64,000 nucleotides of DNA from Octopus sinensis (GCF_006345805.1 NC_042997.1:14136001-14200000); one strand, 5' to 3'; shown: positions 25,906-40,830, numbered from the stretch's first letter. The notes: generated from the letters alone by a model not told the origin. Numbers and translations are program-made.

Positions 25906-26071
25906 ATTGAAATAACTTCAAATCAAAATAAATTAAACTATTGTTTTATGTCCAGGTGAGTAAAGTTAATTGCTGAAAATGGTCAACTGCAACATATGGA
26001 CATAGAGTTTGATACTGAGGTCTTGTGTTGGTTGGGTAGGGGAATACAGGCATGACTTCTTGAAGTGGTGG

Positions 26072-26436
26072 AAGCACTCCGTCGGTTACGACGACGAGGG
26101 TTCCGGTTGATCCGATCAACGGAACAGCCTGCTCGTGAAATTAACGTGTAAGTGGCTGAGCACTCCACAGACACGTGTACCCTTAACGTAGTTCTCGGGG
26201 ATATTCAGCGTGACACAGAGAGTGACAAGGCCGGCCCTTTGAAATACAGGTACAACAGAAACAGGAAATAAGAGTGAGAGAAAGTTGTGGTGAAAGAGTA
26301 GAGCAGGGATCGCCACCACCCCCTGCCGGAGCCTCGTGGAGCTTTAGGTGTTTTCGCTCAATAAACACTCACAACGCCCGGTCTGGGAATCGAAACCGCG
26401 ATCCTATGACTGCGAGTCCGCTGCCCTAACCACTGA
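26072..26436 (-). mobile_element. SINE family B, complete copy
   Basis: Minus: CAGTGGTTAGGGCAGCGGACTCGCAG...GGTTTCGATTCCC tRNA-like head; body matches 1-313. Confidence 0.9.
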
Positions 26437-26605
26437 AGTAACTGCAGTAACGTAATGAAATTGCGTCCGGAACCTGCGGAAGCTTATATGGATTGCAGCA
26501 TTAGCTCCGGTGTCATGACAAATAGCAAAGAAAAGATAAATCTTCCTCTAGATTCTGTGTCTGTGTTCAGATATCTGTGTTAGATAAATAATTTTTTTTT
26601 TTTTT

Positions 26606-26935
26606 GACCCCCTCCGGTCAGACACTGACCATGGTTTTTCACCTAGAGAGTTACCCTCTGAGGCACAAGTCTGGGCAAGGTTGTTTTATGGAAGACCAGC
26701 AGTCGCCCATGCATACCGGTCTCCCCTCTCCACGTCACCGATGTTGTCCAAGGGAAAGGCAAAGGGGCCGATACAGCTTGGCACTTGTGACGTCGCAACT
26801 CATTTCTACAGCTGAGTGAACTGGAGCAACGTGAAATAAAGTGTCTTTCTCAAGAACACAACACGCAGCCCGGTCCGGGATTCGAGCTCACAACCTCACG
26901 ATCGTAAGCTCGACGTTCTAACCACTGAGCCACGC
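26606..26935 (-). mobile_element. SINE family D (B2-type head and middle with a different tail ending in poly-A)
   Basis: Minus: GTGGCTCAGTGGTTAG...GAGCTCGAATCCC head, CAGTTCACTCAGCTG middle, then a tail unlike family B. Confidence 0.7.
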
Positions 26936-27187
26936 AAATACAATGGAGAATAAAGTAGGCTTTTTTTTTTCCTGAAAAAAATTAGAAATGACTGTCAGAT
27001 TTGAAACCATGACCTAAGAACAGATAACTCAATCCTCTATCCACTAACCCTATTCACTCGTACAAATGATTGGTGGGAACAGAATAGGGATTTTGCTTCT
27101 TTGTTTTTTGGTTTTTTTTTCAATTATTTACGGATATGTTGACAAGTAGGAAGGAGGGAATACAAAGAAAAGTGGGGCATTCTGTCA

Positions 27188-27428
<241 letters not shown>

Positions 27429-28741
27429 GCGAACAGGTAATGAAACAAACAAGTCGTGAACTACATCAAGATGACAGTTTATTTGTTCCCTTTTCTTGCT
27501 GCCACAAGAAATCTAATATTATCTCTAATATATTAAGTAATCAACTTCTTTGAAGATTTACAAAAGTTTAGTTAAACTTTGCTTTCTTCGGCTTTTTTCC
27601 TACAACAATATTCTGTAGTTAATAAGAGTGTGATATAATTTACGTTAATTCTGAAATCCATGTAAAAGCGACATGTAGTGAAGTTACTTCGAAAAACCGA
27701 ATGGAGCCATCCTTAAAAGAATTAAAAATTACTCGTTAAAAACAAATCAGATTCTTCTTTTTTATTTTATTTTTGAAAGGCGAAAAGATTTCTTGCTAGA
27801 ATATTGAAACATTTAAACAGATGTTCTGATTGAATTTCTTGAAATATCATCATGGAGCTTGCAATCATTTGATTAAAGATTTTCTATTAGATTCTAGCTT
27901 ACAACTGGATGTAGTAGATGAGACTTTCGGAAGCCTGCATGTTACACTAATCTAATGACGAATGATCTTCAGCGTTTTGAATTACTTCAGTATTACATAA
28001 GAGCCAGTAGATTTTAAATGTAACTCACCAGACCAATTCCATTGGAAATTCCTCGGTAAAATAATTATCTTTCTCTTCAGTGTTGCTTCCAGTGATGTTG
28101 TGGAGGAAGAAACTATCAAAAAGTAAATCTCTAATCCGTCGTTTCGAATTAATCCTGATATGATATTAAGTTCTTAATTCACCCTTTTCAAAGTGTCTTG
28201 TTGCCCCATTCATATTTAATTTCCTGATTCGCATGCTTCCATTTCTAACTTTTCTTTATATTGTTTCTTTTCTAAAATAGTTCTAACGATGTTCTAAAGT
28301 CTATATCGGTTATGCGTCTACATATCTATCTATACGATCCACTTGCAAGCATGTTCGTACACATACGTATATTTCTGTGTGTCTGTGTGTTATCAGTTAG
28401 TTATTTTTCTCCGCACCTTATTTGCTGTTCCACCAGAATCGAAATTTCGTCAAAAACTAAGGCACAACATTGTCTGTTTTATTTTATTGCTGCAAGTCCA
28501 AACAAATATAGAGTTAAATATATTAACTTTTGCAAAGTTTTGCATAATTTTCCTTGACATTTCAATTAAAATTACACAATTGATTCGTCGTAACTCATGT
28601 TCTGAATTTAGTTTCCTTGAGATTATTAACAAATGGGTTTTTACAACAAAAAAAAGGGGGGAAAAGAGATAATGTGGCCCGTTGTTCAAGATGTAATCAG
28701 GAGAAAACAAAATACACAGACGCACACATACACATATACAT

Positions 28742-28810
<69 letters not shown>

Positions 28811-29039
28811 AATATATATATATATATGCCATTGTTCAGTTTTATTTCCAAGATTCTTGCCAATGGAGGAAGAGCAAGTTTCTAAGTATGTATTATGTAA
28901 TTATGTATGTATGTATGTATGTATGTATGTCTGTTCTGTACTTAATCATTTAAATTCTTCCTTAGAAGAAGGAGCTGGTTCTAACAAAGATACAAAGCTC
29001 CATCTTTGGAATGTAGATAGCGAAAATAATGTCGCATTT

Positions 29040-29222
29040 TAAACCTGAGAAAAGTCTTGCATACTTTTACTGTTCCACTTACAGCTTGTATTTATAATGT
29101 GCGAATCAGATGACTGATTTTTTTTCTTCTGAAAATCCAAGCTTATCCAGACTGACAGGCATTTCTTTGCAAAACCAGGCGCTCCAATCATTACTGGTAT
29201 AAATATAAATTTGTAATCCGGA
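29040..29222 (-). pseudogene. Possible decayed 3' end of another RLE-type LINE
   Basis: ORF 29039-29236 YPDYKFIFIPVMIGAPG resembles the IPIIVGALG C-terminal motif of 14762-15088. Confidence 0.4.
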
Positions 29223-29224
29223 TA

Positions 29225-30366
29225 TAGAAACTTCAATCACACTCTGACATCTTCGACTGCATGAGGAAATTAAATTTTCAATTTCTTGCTGGGTGATCTC
29301 ATTCTATTCTTCCTGAAGGGCATTCCATAATTGCTCAGTTGTTTTAGGATTTCTGGCTTTCGAACGTTCTCCTAGAATATTCCATACATTTTCAATAGGA
29401 TTGAAGTTGTTTATAAACTCCTGCATTTACCTTTTCATGTAATCGCACCAAAGGGCCCACACCATCTCCAGATATCATCCCCCAAACCATGACACTTCCT
29501 CCACCGAATTTAACACTAGTCTTAAGGCATTTAGGCGACAACTTTTTCACCTACTTTTCCCATCTGAGCCAAATAACATAAACTTAGATTCGTCACTGAA
29601 ATGCACCATTTGCCATTTTTCTTGAGACCACAACACATGTTCGGTTGCAAAGGTAAGACGACACTTTTTATTCTTGGAGCTGATCGGTGGCTTCACTGCA
29701 GGTGCTCTTGCTTGTAGGTCATGTTCAACTAAACGACGAGACACAGTTTTTCGAGATAAAGTTTTCTTCAATACAATGCACATTTTCCGAGTAACAGCAG
29801 CAGCAGTTTTAAATCTGTCCTTTTTAACCAACTTTACCACAGCACGATCTTCTCTCTTGGTCGTTTTTCTTGGCCTACCTGTAAACTTTCTTGCTTCACA
29901 CGAACCACAATCATCGTAGACCTTAAGAATACCGTGTACAACACTTTTTGACTCGTTAACAATCTTTGCAATAGATCCAATACTTAAATTATCCTTCCTT
30001 CGAAGCTTAATAATCTGCTGACGAATTGGTAACGGAGTAAGTGGCATTATATTAACAAAGTACACTGCAAATATTCTTACTAATGTTTAGTAAACGAACC
30101 GTCACGTTCGCCGGTTAAATATACTAAAACACGGAGTAAAAACAACCGTTCTGATCATTTTGGCCGCCATGGGTTTTGCAGTAAATCACTAAATCATCCA
30201 TGACTTTTGTATTATCCTCTCAAATTACACCAAAATCTCTGGCAATAACAAATAATATTGTATTTATTGTCTGTGAAAATTATAGAATATAAAACAACTT
30301 TGATAAAAAATTATATCTACTTTTCTGACGAAAACAATGCTGTTCTGAACATTTTGGCCGCCACTG
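29225..30366 (-). mobile_element. Tc1-like transposon, internally deleted, 3' TIR not found
   Basis: ORF 29547-30065 has paired HTH, GRPRKT and FSDESKF. 5' TIR CAGTGGCGGCCAAAATG next to TA (30367-68), with an inner direct repeat at 30148-30169. Confidence 0.9.
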
Positions 30367-30368
30367 TA

Positions 30369-30404
<36 letters not shown>

Positions 30405-31849
30405 TGTATGTATGTATGTATGTATGTATGTATGTATATCACAGAGTCTGGTGGCCCTTTGTGCAGTTTGTGTGGACGTTGTTTATTCGGCATGAGTAGT
30501 GCTCGGTTGAACCGATAATTCCTGCAAAAGCAAAGAGTTCGAAGGTCGCAAAGGGAACATGGTTGTTTGGAGAATTGTGTGCCATGAATGAGTCTTAGAG
30601 TAACTAAACTAAGGTAGAGAATTGAGAAACACGGACATCCTCGCTAATAATATGAATAACTCAAAATGTTGCTTTTGAGAAAACACGATTTAATGGTTTA
30701 ACCTGGAAACTTTTTACCTTCTTGTAGTACAGTACTAATCAAATTTTTGTGCGCATCAACTAGTGATACCATATTATTTGAGTTACAAATGAAGAATTCA
30801 AAATTTGAGCACATTTGGGTACGTTTACTTACTAGACGTGCAACCATTTCAATACATAACTATGTCAAAGAATAGTTGATTTAGCTCTAATTAAATAAGG
30901 TGTGTGGTCACGTGATCAGGTGATTGACCAGACTATCGGAAGTTGTTATACAACTCTGGTCACAATGCGCTTCGCATCGTTTTAGCTTTCGAATGACGTC
31001 ACCCGCTGGCTAGGTGAGCAGGCCAAAATAAAGTCTGTACAGACAACTCCAGAATGTAAAAAACATGTTAACTTATACGACTTTTAGTCCATTGTTTCGT
31101 CACCTTTCACTTCTATCACCAACTATTTGTCCAAATTATAGTAGTATTTTTTCGGTATTGAAAACTTTTGGCAAAGAATCACGAGATTCTTGTTTTTCCT
31201 TCAGTTTCTCTAACACTATATATTCTTCGTCTTCTTCTATACCCTGATGCTTTGTTCTTTTAGTTCCATCAAAATAGACTTACTTGCCAAGATAGAGTCT
31301 ATTGTGAATTATATAATTTGTGGCTTCCAAATCTTTACTCATCCGTTTTCTTATTTATTGTATCTTGAAAAAGTATTGCAATGTCTAAATTCATAGATTG
31401 GTACTCTTCAACTACGTTTTATAGTTTCTTCTTTGGAATAATTTTAAAGCTTGTTATACCACTATTCTGAAGTAAGATTTTAAATACATTTTTAACGGGT
31501 CGTGCGTTATCGCTCTAACATTGAATGTGACCAGATTTTAAGGTACCTCCTCCCAGCATTTCGCGTCAGAATGCGAAAACGAGAACAGGTTTGCAAAACT
31601 TCACTTAATGTCTGTGGATATCACGAAATTTGGTTTTTATTCTTAAGGGACGTAACACTCTCTGACTACGATTAACAACTTTTTGTTTTTTGCTGGGTGG
31701 GGAGTTATTGCACTTTTACCAAAAGAAACTAGAAAACTTAGACCTATAATACATACGCCGAATAAAACTTATATCGAAACATATACCCAGTAGACCTACG
31801 CAATTTCGGAAGTCACGGCTATGCAGAGTAGCCAAGATATGCGTTTGTG

Positions 31850-31910
31850 CGTGCGTGTATGCGTGCGTGTGTGTGAGCGCGCTCGTGTTTGTGTGTGTGT
31901 GTGTGTGTGC

Positions 31911-31959
<49 letters not shown>

Positions 31960-31960
31960 C

Positions 31961-31999
<39 letters not shown>

Positions 32000-32004
32000 T
32001 GTGC

Positions 32005-32039
<35 letters not shown>

Positions 32040-32046
32040 CGTGCGT

Positions 32047-32117
<71 letters not shown>

Positions 32118-32120
32118 TGT
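31850..32120. repeat. (GT)n/(GCGT)n microsatellite
   Basis: Directly visible. Confidence 0.95.
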
Positions 32121-32679
32121 GTGTTTTGCACGACCGATTCCGCCAAGAGTGTATGATGGAGCCTCGACGTACATAGTGGTTTGACATGCTCGAAATAGCA
32201 ACCTAATCTTCCTCAAATGCTACATTATCGTCAACGGAAGGTTGCATTGAATAATGTAATATTGGAAGCAATGCCTGGAAATAAAATAGAATGGAACGCC
32301 TTTGATTATGAATTTGCTTGGTCAGAGTTGATTTAGAGCTAGACAAAAATAACAACACTAAACATAATGCAATGCAACATGTACATTAGAGTCAACGCCA
32401 TTGGTTTCTGCGGAGATCAGTACTCCACAAATCTCTGGCGTCATCATACACTGAGCGCATCAAATACTGAATGCAATATATTACTAAACTTAAAAAGTTT
32501 AGTAATATATTGCATTTTCTCTTTAGGATTTATACGGGAGAAGTATTTCTAAGTATTTAAGCTAAGTGTTAGAACTTTAAAAATCTAATAAATATAAACT
32601 TAAAGCACAACTTTTCATTGGTACAATTTACTCTAAAAGAATATTCGAAATTCAAAAGTGAATTTATTTTTTTTTACTT

Positions 32680-33090
32680 GTTTCAGTGACTGGACTGCGG
32701 CCATTCTGGGGCACCGCCTTGAAGTGTTCAGCCAAACAAGTCCACCCCAGTACTTATTTTAAAGTCTTCTACTTATTCTAGCGGTTTCCGTTTCCGAAAC
32801 ACTAAGTTACGGGGACATAAACAAGCCAATACTGATTGTCAACCGATGGCATGGACACATGCATACACACACACACAGATATACACATTCAAACACACAC
32901 ATACAGATATACATATACATACATACACGTATATACGACGGGCTTTCACACAGTTTCCTCTCCCAAGTTCACACACAAGGCATTTGTCCATAGGGAGGAG
33001 GGTATGGCACAAGATACTTGCCCAAGGTGCCGCACCGTTGATCTGAACCCGAAATCACGTTATTGCAAAGCGGGTTTCTTAACTACACAA
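32680..33090 (-). mobile_element. Degenerate SINE family A
   Basis: Reverse complement of the family A tail (GGCGGTGCCCCAGAATGGCCGCAGTC) and head. Confidence 0.65.
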
Positions 33091-33243
33091 CATTATATTT
33101 CTAATGTCACTTTCACTGATTGCAAAGAATCTACTACCGAACTCTATCATCAGAATTATTAAACCACCTAATTACTGACGGTTAACAGCTTTATAGACTA
33201 TATCCAGTTTGCGAGTAAAAAAAATTTAGGATCTTTGAAAGTA

Positions 33244-33809
33244 TTAGGTTTTCTGGAAAGTTTGTGCCGATTTATAGTAGCTTACCTTTCGACTTATTTT
33301 AGAACATGGTTCAGTCCACAAAATAGGATTTGACTACACCTCCATTTAGAGCACAGTTTAAGCTATCTTTTCGTGGAAGAATGTTTATGTTCCTATAACC
33401 TGTGTTAATTCTGTAACCCTTTAAGATGGAAGATAAGAAAGTTCATTTTCGGCATTTGATGCTTTGGGAACCAGGCAAAAATTGCTGCAGCTTGGCTGGG
33501 ATGTGTTACCCCACCCTCCATATTCACCAGATATTTCTCCTTCGGATTTCCACTTATTCAGGTCTCTACAGAATAGTCTTAATGGTAAAAATTTCAATTC
33601 CTTGGATGACGTAAAAAGTTACCTTGATGAATTCTTTGTCATGAAACCACCTCAATTCTGGAAAGAGGGTATTTTCAAGTTAAAGGAAAGATGGAGATGT
33701 ATTGTGCAACAAAATGGTTCATATTTGGTTGATTAAAAATGTAATGGCAAGTATTTATTGACCTTTTACTTTCCTTTAAAAATCGGCACGAACTTTCCGG
33801 ACAACCCAA
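33244..33809 (+). mobile_element. Internally deleted mariner (third family)
   Basis: TIRs TA|TTAGGTTTTCTGGAAAGTTTGTGCCGATTT / AAATCGGCACGAACTTTCCGGACAACCCAA. N-terminus MEDKKVHFRH is joined to the C-terminus HPPYSPDISPSDFHLF. Confidence 0.9.
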
Positions 33810-34789
33810 TGATATAAACAATCTCTCTTCTGAGAATAGTTGCTAGCACTTATGCTTCTAAGTAAAGTAGATTATTTATTATAGGATCTTGTTTGTTTTT
33901 TTCCATGGGTTTTCCTTATGTTATCAGAATTATTAACATAAACTTATAAGCTTCTTAAACTTTTCTTTTTTTTTTATGAAACAGCTATGTTTGGAATTTC
34001 TGAAAGTTTCAATAACTTATTGAGATTATTTTGAAACAGTACTTACTATTTTGATGACATATAAGATGCGAATTTTTTTCAAAATGAAAAGTCTCAAAAA
34101 ATTACCTTGGATCCTATATGGCGCTGCTAAAATTGGGTTCTGTCTTATATGTTCGTGCGTCTCTTCAGCTATCAAATACGGTGACTAAATCTTGTCCTTC
34201 TAATCACATTCAAAGTGCCGGATTCGAAATGCTTGAAAACTTTACGAAATTTATAGGCTTATCGTTAAATTTTCTCTGTCTAATCACAACTTCGTTCTGA
34301 TTTTAAGTATTTCAGCTTTTGTTTTCTTTTCCAGTATATGTGTAAATATCCCGGTTGTTCATTTATAAATATATTATGCGATAAATTTTTCGACAAACGA
34401 AAGTATAAAACTTTATGTACCGACAATCAGAAGTTTCAGCTTCATATTATAATAAATAGATATATTCTGGTGACATGATAGGAAAGTCATTTGGTACATT
34501 ATTTTTAATGAACAATCTATTGTATTTACACTCTAAGCAAACAAAGAAATTATTTATTTTGTGTATGAATAATTTGTTAGTTCGATAGGATGTGACTACA
34601 ATAAATTATTCATTAAAATATATCACACCAGACAGCGTTTTATTATTTTATTAAAACTGTCTGATATAGTGTTTCCATGATTCTCCAATGCTTTGTATAT
34701 GTGTATGTATCGTGCGCGCGTATGTGTGTATACCGAGTGAAAGAGTTCGAAATAGACAGGCAAATATATATACATACGTAAGTGTTGTT

Positions 34790-35080
34790 TCTTCTTTCTC
34801 GAGCCACGCCTGGCTCATTAGGGCTGGTTTCCCGGTTTCCTTGGTATATAGGTTCCCCACCTGGACGGGACACGGGTCCGTCGCAAGTGAGCTGCAAGAT
34901 GCAGGAGGAAAGAGTGGGAGAAAGTTGTGGCGAAAGAGTCAGCAGAGGTTCGCCATTACCTTCTTCCGGAGCCGCGTGGAGCTTAGGTGTTTCGCTCATA
35001 AACACACACATCGCCCGGTCTGAGATTCGAATCCACGATCCCTCGACCGGGAGTCCGCTGCTCTAACCACTAGGCCACAT
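34790..35080 (-). mobile_element. SINE with family B head and middle but a different tail (GCGACGGACCCGTGTCCCGTCCAGG)
   Basis: 34910-35080 matches 26270-26436. The remainder is unrelated to the family B tail. Confidence 0.75.
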
Positions 35081-36661
35081 ACATAAGTGGATAATAGGTA
35101 CATATAAGGATATATTTAGAGTTATACCTGTGACTATTGCAGCACTTGTACTAATGTTGAAAAACTGGGATTCTCAAAACCAAGCAATTTATGACTAAAG
35201 AGGAAGATACAATGACAAGGAATTAATGGAACTATGGAAATACGTAAGATATTCCAAAAGTTTAACTCTTTGTTGGTATGTAAACATTTGTCAAATGACC
35301 AAAGAGGCATTAGTAGACTATACTACATTAATGGGGTTTAGTCCGATCGCAGCATGTATATAAGATGTCATCTTGCTTGTTAGCAAAGGTCAGGTTTCTG
35401 CTAAGCATATAAATATATTTGGAAAATTTAAGTTTCTCGAAATTATCTCCCTTTTCTTTGAGAGTTGTGAACATTACCGATCTCCCTTTTTTTTCTATTC
35501 TCCAGCTTTCACACATATATTATACCGATGACTTGAAACTTTATAAGGTAATAGTCACGCGGTCGAGGCATTTAGAGCTGATTCCAACATTCTCATGAGA
35601 TACAGGAATGCAGATGCGTTAGGATAAATGTTTTTATTCGGTTGTCAATCGAGAGAAGATCATTGACCTGATGAGGAATTTCAACCGTGTTTCGTGGTCT
35701 GCTACCACAATAGCTCCTTTATAGGATCCAGTTAGCTCAAGACATCATCAGGAAGAACCACGTCCGATTTCGATCCCTACTCCTCTATTGTTTCGACGTT
35801 GCGCCCCCCCCCGCCTCCATTTCGGAGGTGTCTTCAGCTCTGGTGTTGGGTGCATGTCTACTTTCTTCTTTCTTCCGTTCCCTGGCCTCTTCGATGTAGC
35901 GTCAACGAGTGTCAGCGGGCGACTGACTGTCTTGTCAAATTTCCCTTTAAATACCTGCTGCTCGGCTATCTCCTTAACATGCCTATCTCCTTTAACTCCA
36001 AAAACTGAATACCACGAATCTCACGGAATTGATCAGAATGAAGATGTGGCGCTAAGTAAAGTGACAAAATACTGCAGACGACTTCGGAAGGTGTGAAAGT
36101 CAGAACAGTCTGCATTCAGTAAGACGATAATCCAATGACTCGTCTTGTCAGTGCCAATGCTTGAACCAAAATTTGAGATACTAGAATGTCTTTTTGTAAG
36201 TGATCTGCGGTTTAGACAACAATATTAGTAAGATATTAACCATCACCAGTAATTCCACATTAAAGGTGACAATAACTGGAGAAGTAGAGAGTGGGACTTA
36301 GTATCACACATACAATTGACCAGCGAAAGGGAAAACTCAACAGTGAAAAATGATACGCAAAAAGAAAGGTAAAAAATCGAAAACTTAGGGGAGAAATACT
36401 AATCATATCAGAAGAAGTTTACGCTTATGAATATATCTCGCAAGCTAGCGGATAATTATAACGTCGAAAGAAAGAGTAAGTCTCCGAATTCTGTGACAGA
36501 TACATCCGACCATCATATTGTGACAGGAAATGTTGATTGCGTAACGTCAGTGTGAAAGATATCCATTTCGTCGGAAAGTGCCAAAAATGCCTGCAACGTA
36601 CTTGTGGTAGAGTCAAATACGTTGTTCTTTAGACATATGTACTACCTTGCTAAAATTATAT

Positions 36662-36839
36662 AGGCGTAGGAGTGGCTGTGTGGTAAGTAGCTTGTTTACC
36701 AGCCACAAGGTTCCGGGTTCAGTCCTACTGCGTGGCACCTTGGGCAAGTGTCTTCAACTATAGCCTCGGGTCGACCAAAGCCTTGTGAGTGGATTTGGTA
36801 GACGGAAACTGAAAGAAGCCCGTCGTATATATATGTATG

Positions 36840-36880
<41 letters not shown>

Positions 36881-37195
36881 TGTGTGTGTGTGTGGTGTGT
36901 GTGTGTGTATGTATGTATGTATGTATGTATGTATGTATGTATGTATGTACGTACGTACGTATGTATGTATGTGTGTATATTTGTTTGTGTGTCTGTGTTT
37001 GTCTCCCCAACATCGCTTGACAACCGATGCTGATGTGTTACATCCCGTAACTTAGCAGTTCGGCAAACGAGACCGATGGATTAAGTACTAGGCTTACAAA
37101 GAATAAGTCCTGGGGTCGATTTGCTCGACTAAAGGCTGTGCTCCAGCATGGCCACAGTCAAATGACTGAAACAAGTAAAAGAGTAAAAGAGTAAC
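36662..37195 (+). mobile_element. SINE family A with expanded central microsatellite
   Basis: Head, core and tail flank a ~150 bp (TA)/(GT)/(TATG) tract. Confidence 0.9.
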
Positions 37196-37455
37196 GGAAA
37201 GATTGATAGCAGTTATAGCAAAGGCACACGAGGGCCATACTGTTGGAACATGCCAATAAAAACAACAACCCGCTGCAAAAATAAGCCTGATATTGTTCTA
37301 TGAGACAGGGAACAAAGATCATACATAGCTAACGAAAATGTATGATGGAGTATTCTGAAAGGTGGATGCGAGCATCTGATCCAAACATGTGGTAAGAGAA
37401 ACAACTATGATAAACTAATGCGTAACAACCCTCGTATTCTTGTTATATACTTTCA

Positions 37456-37843
37456 CTAGCAGTATCGCCCGGCGTTGCTCGGGTTTGTAAGGGAAATAAC
37501 TATAAAGCATTTTTAGAGAGTTAGCCAAAAAATAGCAAAAAATGCATTAAAAATGGAAAAAATTAAGGTAAATTTTTTTTAAATGGTTGACTCATCGTAG
37601 ACATTTTTAGAGAGTTACTTCCCTTATATTTAAAAAATATACATTAAAATGGGAAAAAATTATGGTAAATTATTTTTAAAGTCGTAGACTCATCGTAGAC
37701 GCGCGCTAATACCCAGAAGGGCTTGATATGAATCACGACTATAAGATACCCGGTTTTGGTTAAACTGCACCGCAAAATGTGGGAGTAGTTAGGAATCTAA
37801 ATCGGAGTAGACAGACACACAACCTTTCTTTTATATATAAAGA
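37456..37843 (-). mobile_element. Non-autonomous Helitron (388 bp)
   Basis: Minus: A|TCTTTATATATAAAAG ... CCCGAGCAACGCCGGG hairpin ... CTGCTAG|T. Shows 5' TC, 3' CTAG and insertion between A and T. Confidence 0.85.
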
Positions 37844-38454
37844 TTTGCAGCAATCATTATAGGCGCAATGAACGGTGTAACAACAGATTTGCATAAAAAG
37901 CTGGAATTGCAAGATTTTTCAAGGAAGAACAGACTCGCATGAGTTTAAATCCAGTCGATTAAGCGATCCAGCGGAGACTTTTTAAACATTCTAAAGATTT
38001 TATATTTGAGTTCCCTGTATATAGATAGATACACAAATATACAATAAGCAATTACGCAGAGTCGCGCACAACAGAAAATGTATCCATTATATGAGTACAA
38101 GTATATCTTCATATATATACCCAAATCTGTACCCATTTAACTGATTTACATATAGCAAATCTGTTTGACTGCCTTGACTCTAAGAAGCATTGCCACAGAG
38201 AGTAACTGCCTTGAATTCTGCATAGAACGTAAATAACTCTCACAGAAAAGCAAATATACATATGCACTACGGAGGAAACAACTACCAACACAATACACCT
38301 GAGGAACTAAGACGTAACACTAGGTTCAACAACAGACTCCAGAACAGAGCACCACAAACTCACTCTGACAATTATAACAACATGAGACAGATAGCTTTGA
38401 ACATAACTACACCAACCATTTTTTAGACCCCACACACAGGAACAGGGACACACG

Positions 38455-40830
38455 ATGGCAAAGGACAAACAAAAGAAACCTCAGGTAATTAAGATAATCA
38501 ATCTCTCAAACAAAGAACTTACACCTAACGAAATAAGCATACTCTCCAAAGGACTTAAATTTACACCCACCCCACAACGTTCTAATTATTATGAAATGAA
38601 AGATGATATTTCGGAATTTTGCAGAAAACTAAGACTCACCGAGGCATTTCAAGACAAACAAATAGAGGAGGACTCAATAGCTAGAAACAAGAGCAATTAC
38701 ACCCCACCAAAGGTAAGAATAAAGCCTTAGACCGCTATTGTGACTACATAACTAATTTCCCGTTTCAATTCATCAAGAAACAAAAACACAGCCCTAACTT
38801 CAACAAAAGAGAATGGAACGACCTCATCAAACTAAGAGAAGACAAAACAATAACAATAAGGAGGCAGATAAGGGCAACGCGATAGTAATAATGAATACAA
38901 ACAATTATAAAAATTTAGTGCTATCCCTATAAGAGATGAAACGTATTATGAAAGGGCCCAACAGTACAACCAGCAAAAAATAATGCATAACCTTAGGACA
39001 TTAATCAACACATACCAAGAAGGACTCACGAACAAGGAGTATGAATACATCACTAACTTCAAATGCAAATCGAGTTTGTTCTATGGTATCCCTAAGGTAC
39101 ACAAAAGCCAAACCATTAGAGAAACGTGCAAAACATCCACCGACACACTCATCAAAATCCCTTCACCAAATGATCTTAAACTAAGACCGATAATAGCAGG
39201 GCCAGCATGTGAAACTCACCGCCTCAGCAATTTCTTAGACACACTTCTTAAACCTTTCCTAAAACACATCAAAAGCTACGTAAGAGACGATATAGATATG
39301 CTCAACCACCTCCCTAAAACAGTCAATGAGAAAACCCTTCTAGTATCATTCGACGTAGTTAATCTTTATTCTAACATCCCTCACAACCTAGGAATAGAAG
39401 CAATCACCTTCTGGCTGAATAACTACCCCTTTGAACTCCCAACTCGCATAAACAAAGACCTTATAATAGAAGGACTTAGATTCATTTTAGAGAACAATTA
39501 TTTTATTTTTGACAATGATTTCTACAGGCAAAGATCGGGAACAGCGATGGGCACGCGTACTGCACCATCTTTTGCCAACCTAGTGATGGGATACCTCGAG
39601 AAAATACTATACCGGATGACACTCGAGAAATATGGAAACACCTCGCCACCTATATCCATAACAACTGGAAAAGATACCTCGATGACTGTTTCATCATCTG
39701 GGACAAAGGCATAGAGAAACTTGAGGAATTTAAAATTCTATTAATGGAATAAATGACAATATACAATTCACGATGGACCACAACGAAAAAGAATTACCAT
39801 TTTTAGACATCCTCATTAAGATAACCGGCAACAAAATAGAGACAGATATCTACTATAAACCGACAGACTCTAAACAGTACCTACCCTTTGATTCATGCCA
39901 CCCACGACACACTAGAATGAATGTCCTTTTTGTTTAGCTAGAAGGATTTGCACCATAATATCAGACACAAACACCCGACACACACGTCTCCAGGAACTTA
40001 GAACCACACTCACAAATAGAAACTATCCACAGCCCCTAATAGACAGTGCAATCCAACGGGTACTTAAATTAAGTATAGAAGACCTGAGAAACAAAACCAA
40101 AAAAGAAAGAACAATTAAAAACCCTTCCTACATCTCTACACACAACCCACTCAACAATGAGACCTTCAACACCATACTACAAAGCACAGCCCTACTAAAG
40201 GGAGACCCAAAGATGAACCGGATCCTCGAAACACACACCATCATTAAAAGTAAACGGCAACCAAAATCCTTGAAAAGGATTTTAACCCAAGCTACACTGC
40301 ACTCAACATCAACCACAAAACCAGCAGTTAGAAAATGTGGAAGGCCAACTGCGGAATCTGTGTCATCTTGAAAGAAGGATCAGAATTTATACTGGAACAA
40401 GGCACCAGTTCACCATTAGAACAAACTTCACCTGCGCATCAGAAAACTTAATTTACGTCATAACATGCGCAGGCTGCAATAGGCAGTATATAGGCCATAC
40501 AAAAAATAGCTTACGTAACAGGATGGCGGTGCATAAATCACAAATTAGAAACCCTGATTACCGCAAAATACCGGTCAGCGGACACATTGATAGATGTGCT
40601 GGAAATGTAAATCCGAAATTTCAACTAACCCGCTCTATAAATTCAGTGACAACGCAACCTTCACACAACGCCAAAATAAAGAACTATATTTCATAAAAAA
40701 ATTTAGACCAAGTTTAAACACCTGGGCCAGGAATACTAAAACAAAAGATAAGTCCTCCGAAAAGGAGAACCAAATTTCACCACGGCCGCTACTTCAAACA
40801 GACACTCACTCTGACGGAAATATGCCTTAG
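38455..40830 (+). pseudogene. pol: Penelope RT + GIY-YIG endonuclease ORF, frameshifted
   Basis: ORF-track pieces 38455-38730, 38983-39714, 40337-40696 and 40594-40830 join into the PLE domain order. Confidence 0.88.

Noticed and set aside
26380-26436. tRNA gene (also heads at 17097, 26880-26935 and 35020-35080)
   Set aside because: tRNA-like A and B boxes run straight into multi-copy SINE bodies, and I cannot build a complete cloverleaf.
35660-35760. Minus-strand CUGAUGA ... GUGGU/ACCAC GAAAC ACG GUU hammerhead candidate
   Set aside because: It needs removal of a ~35 nt insert to join core and stem II, stem I is only 3 bp, and stem III is not palindromic. Worth revisiting only if a family consensus lacks the insert.
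35790-35855. Minus-strand CUGAAGA ... GUCGAAAC motif
   Set aside because: No valid stem II closure or NUH/stem III.
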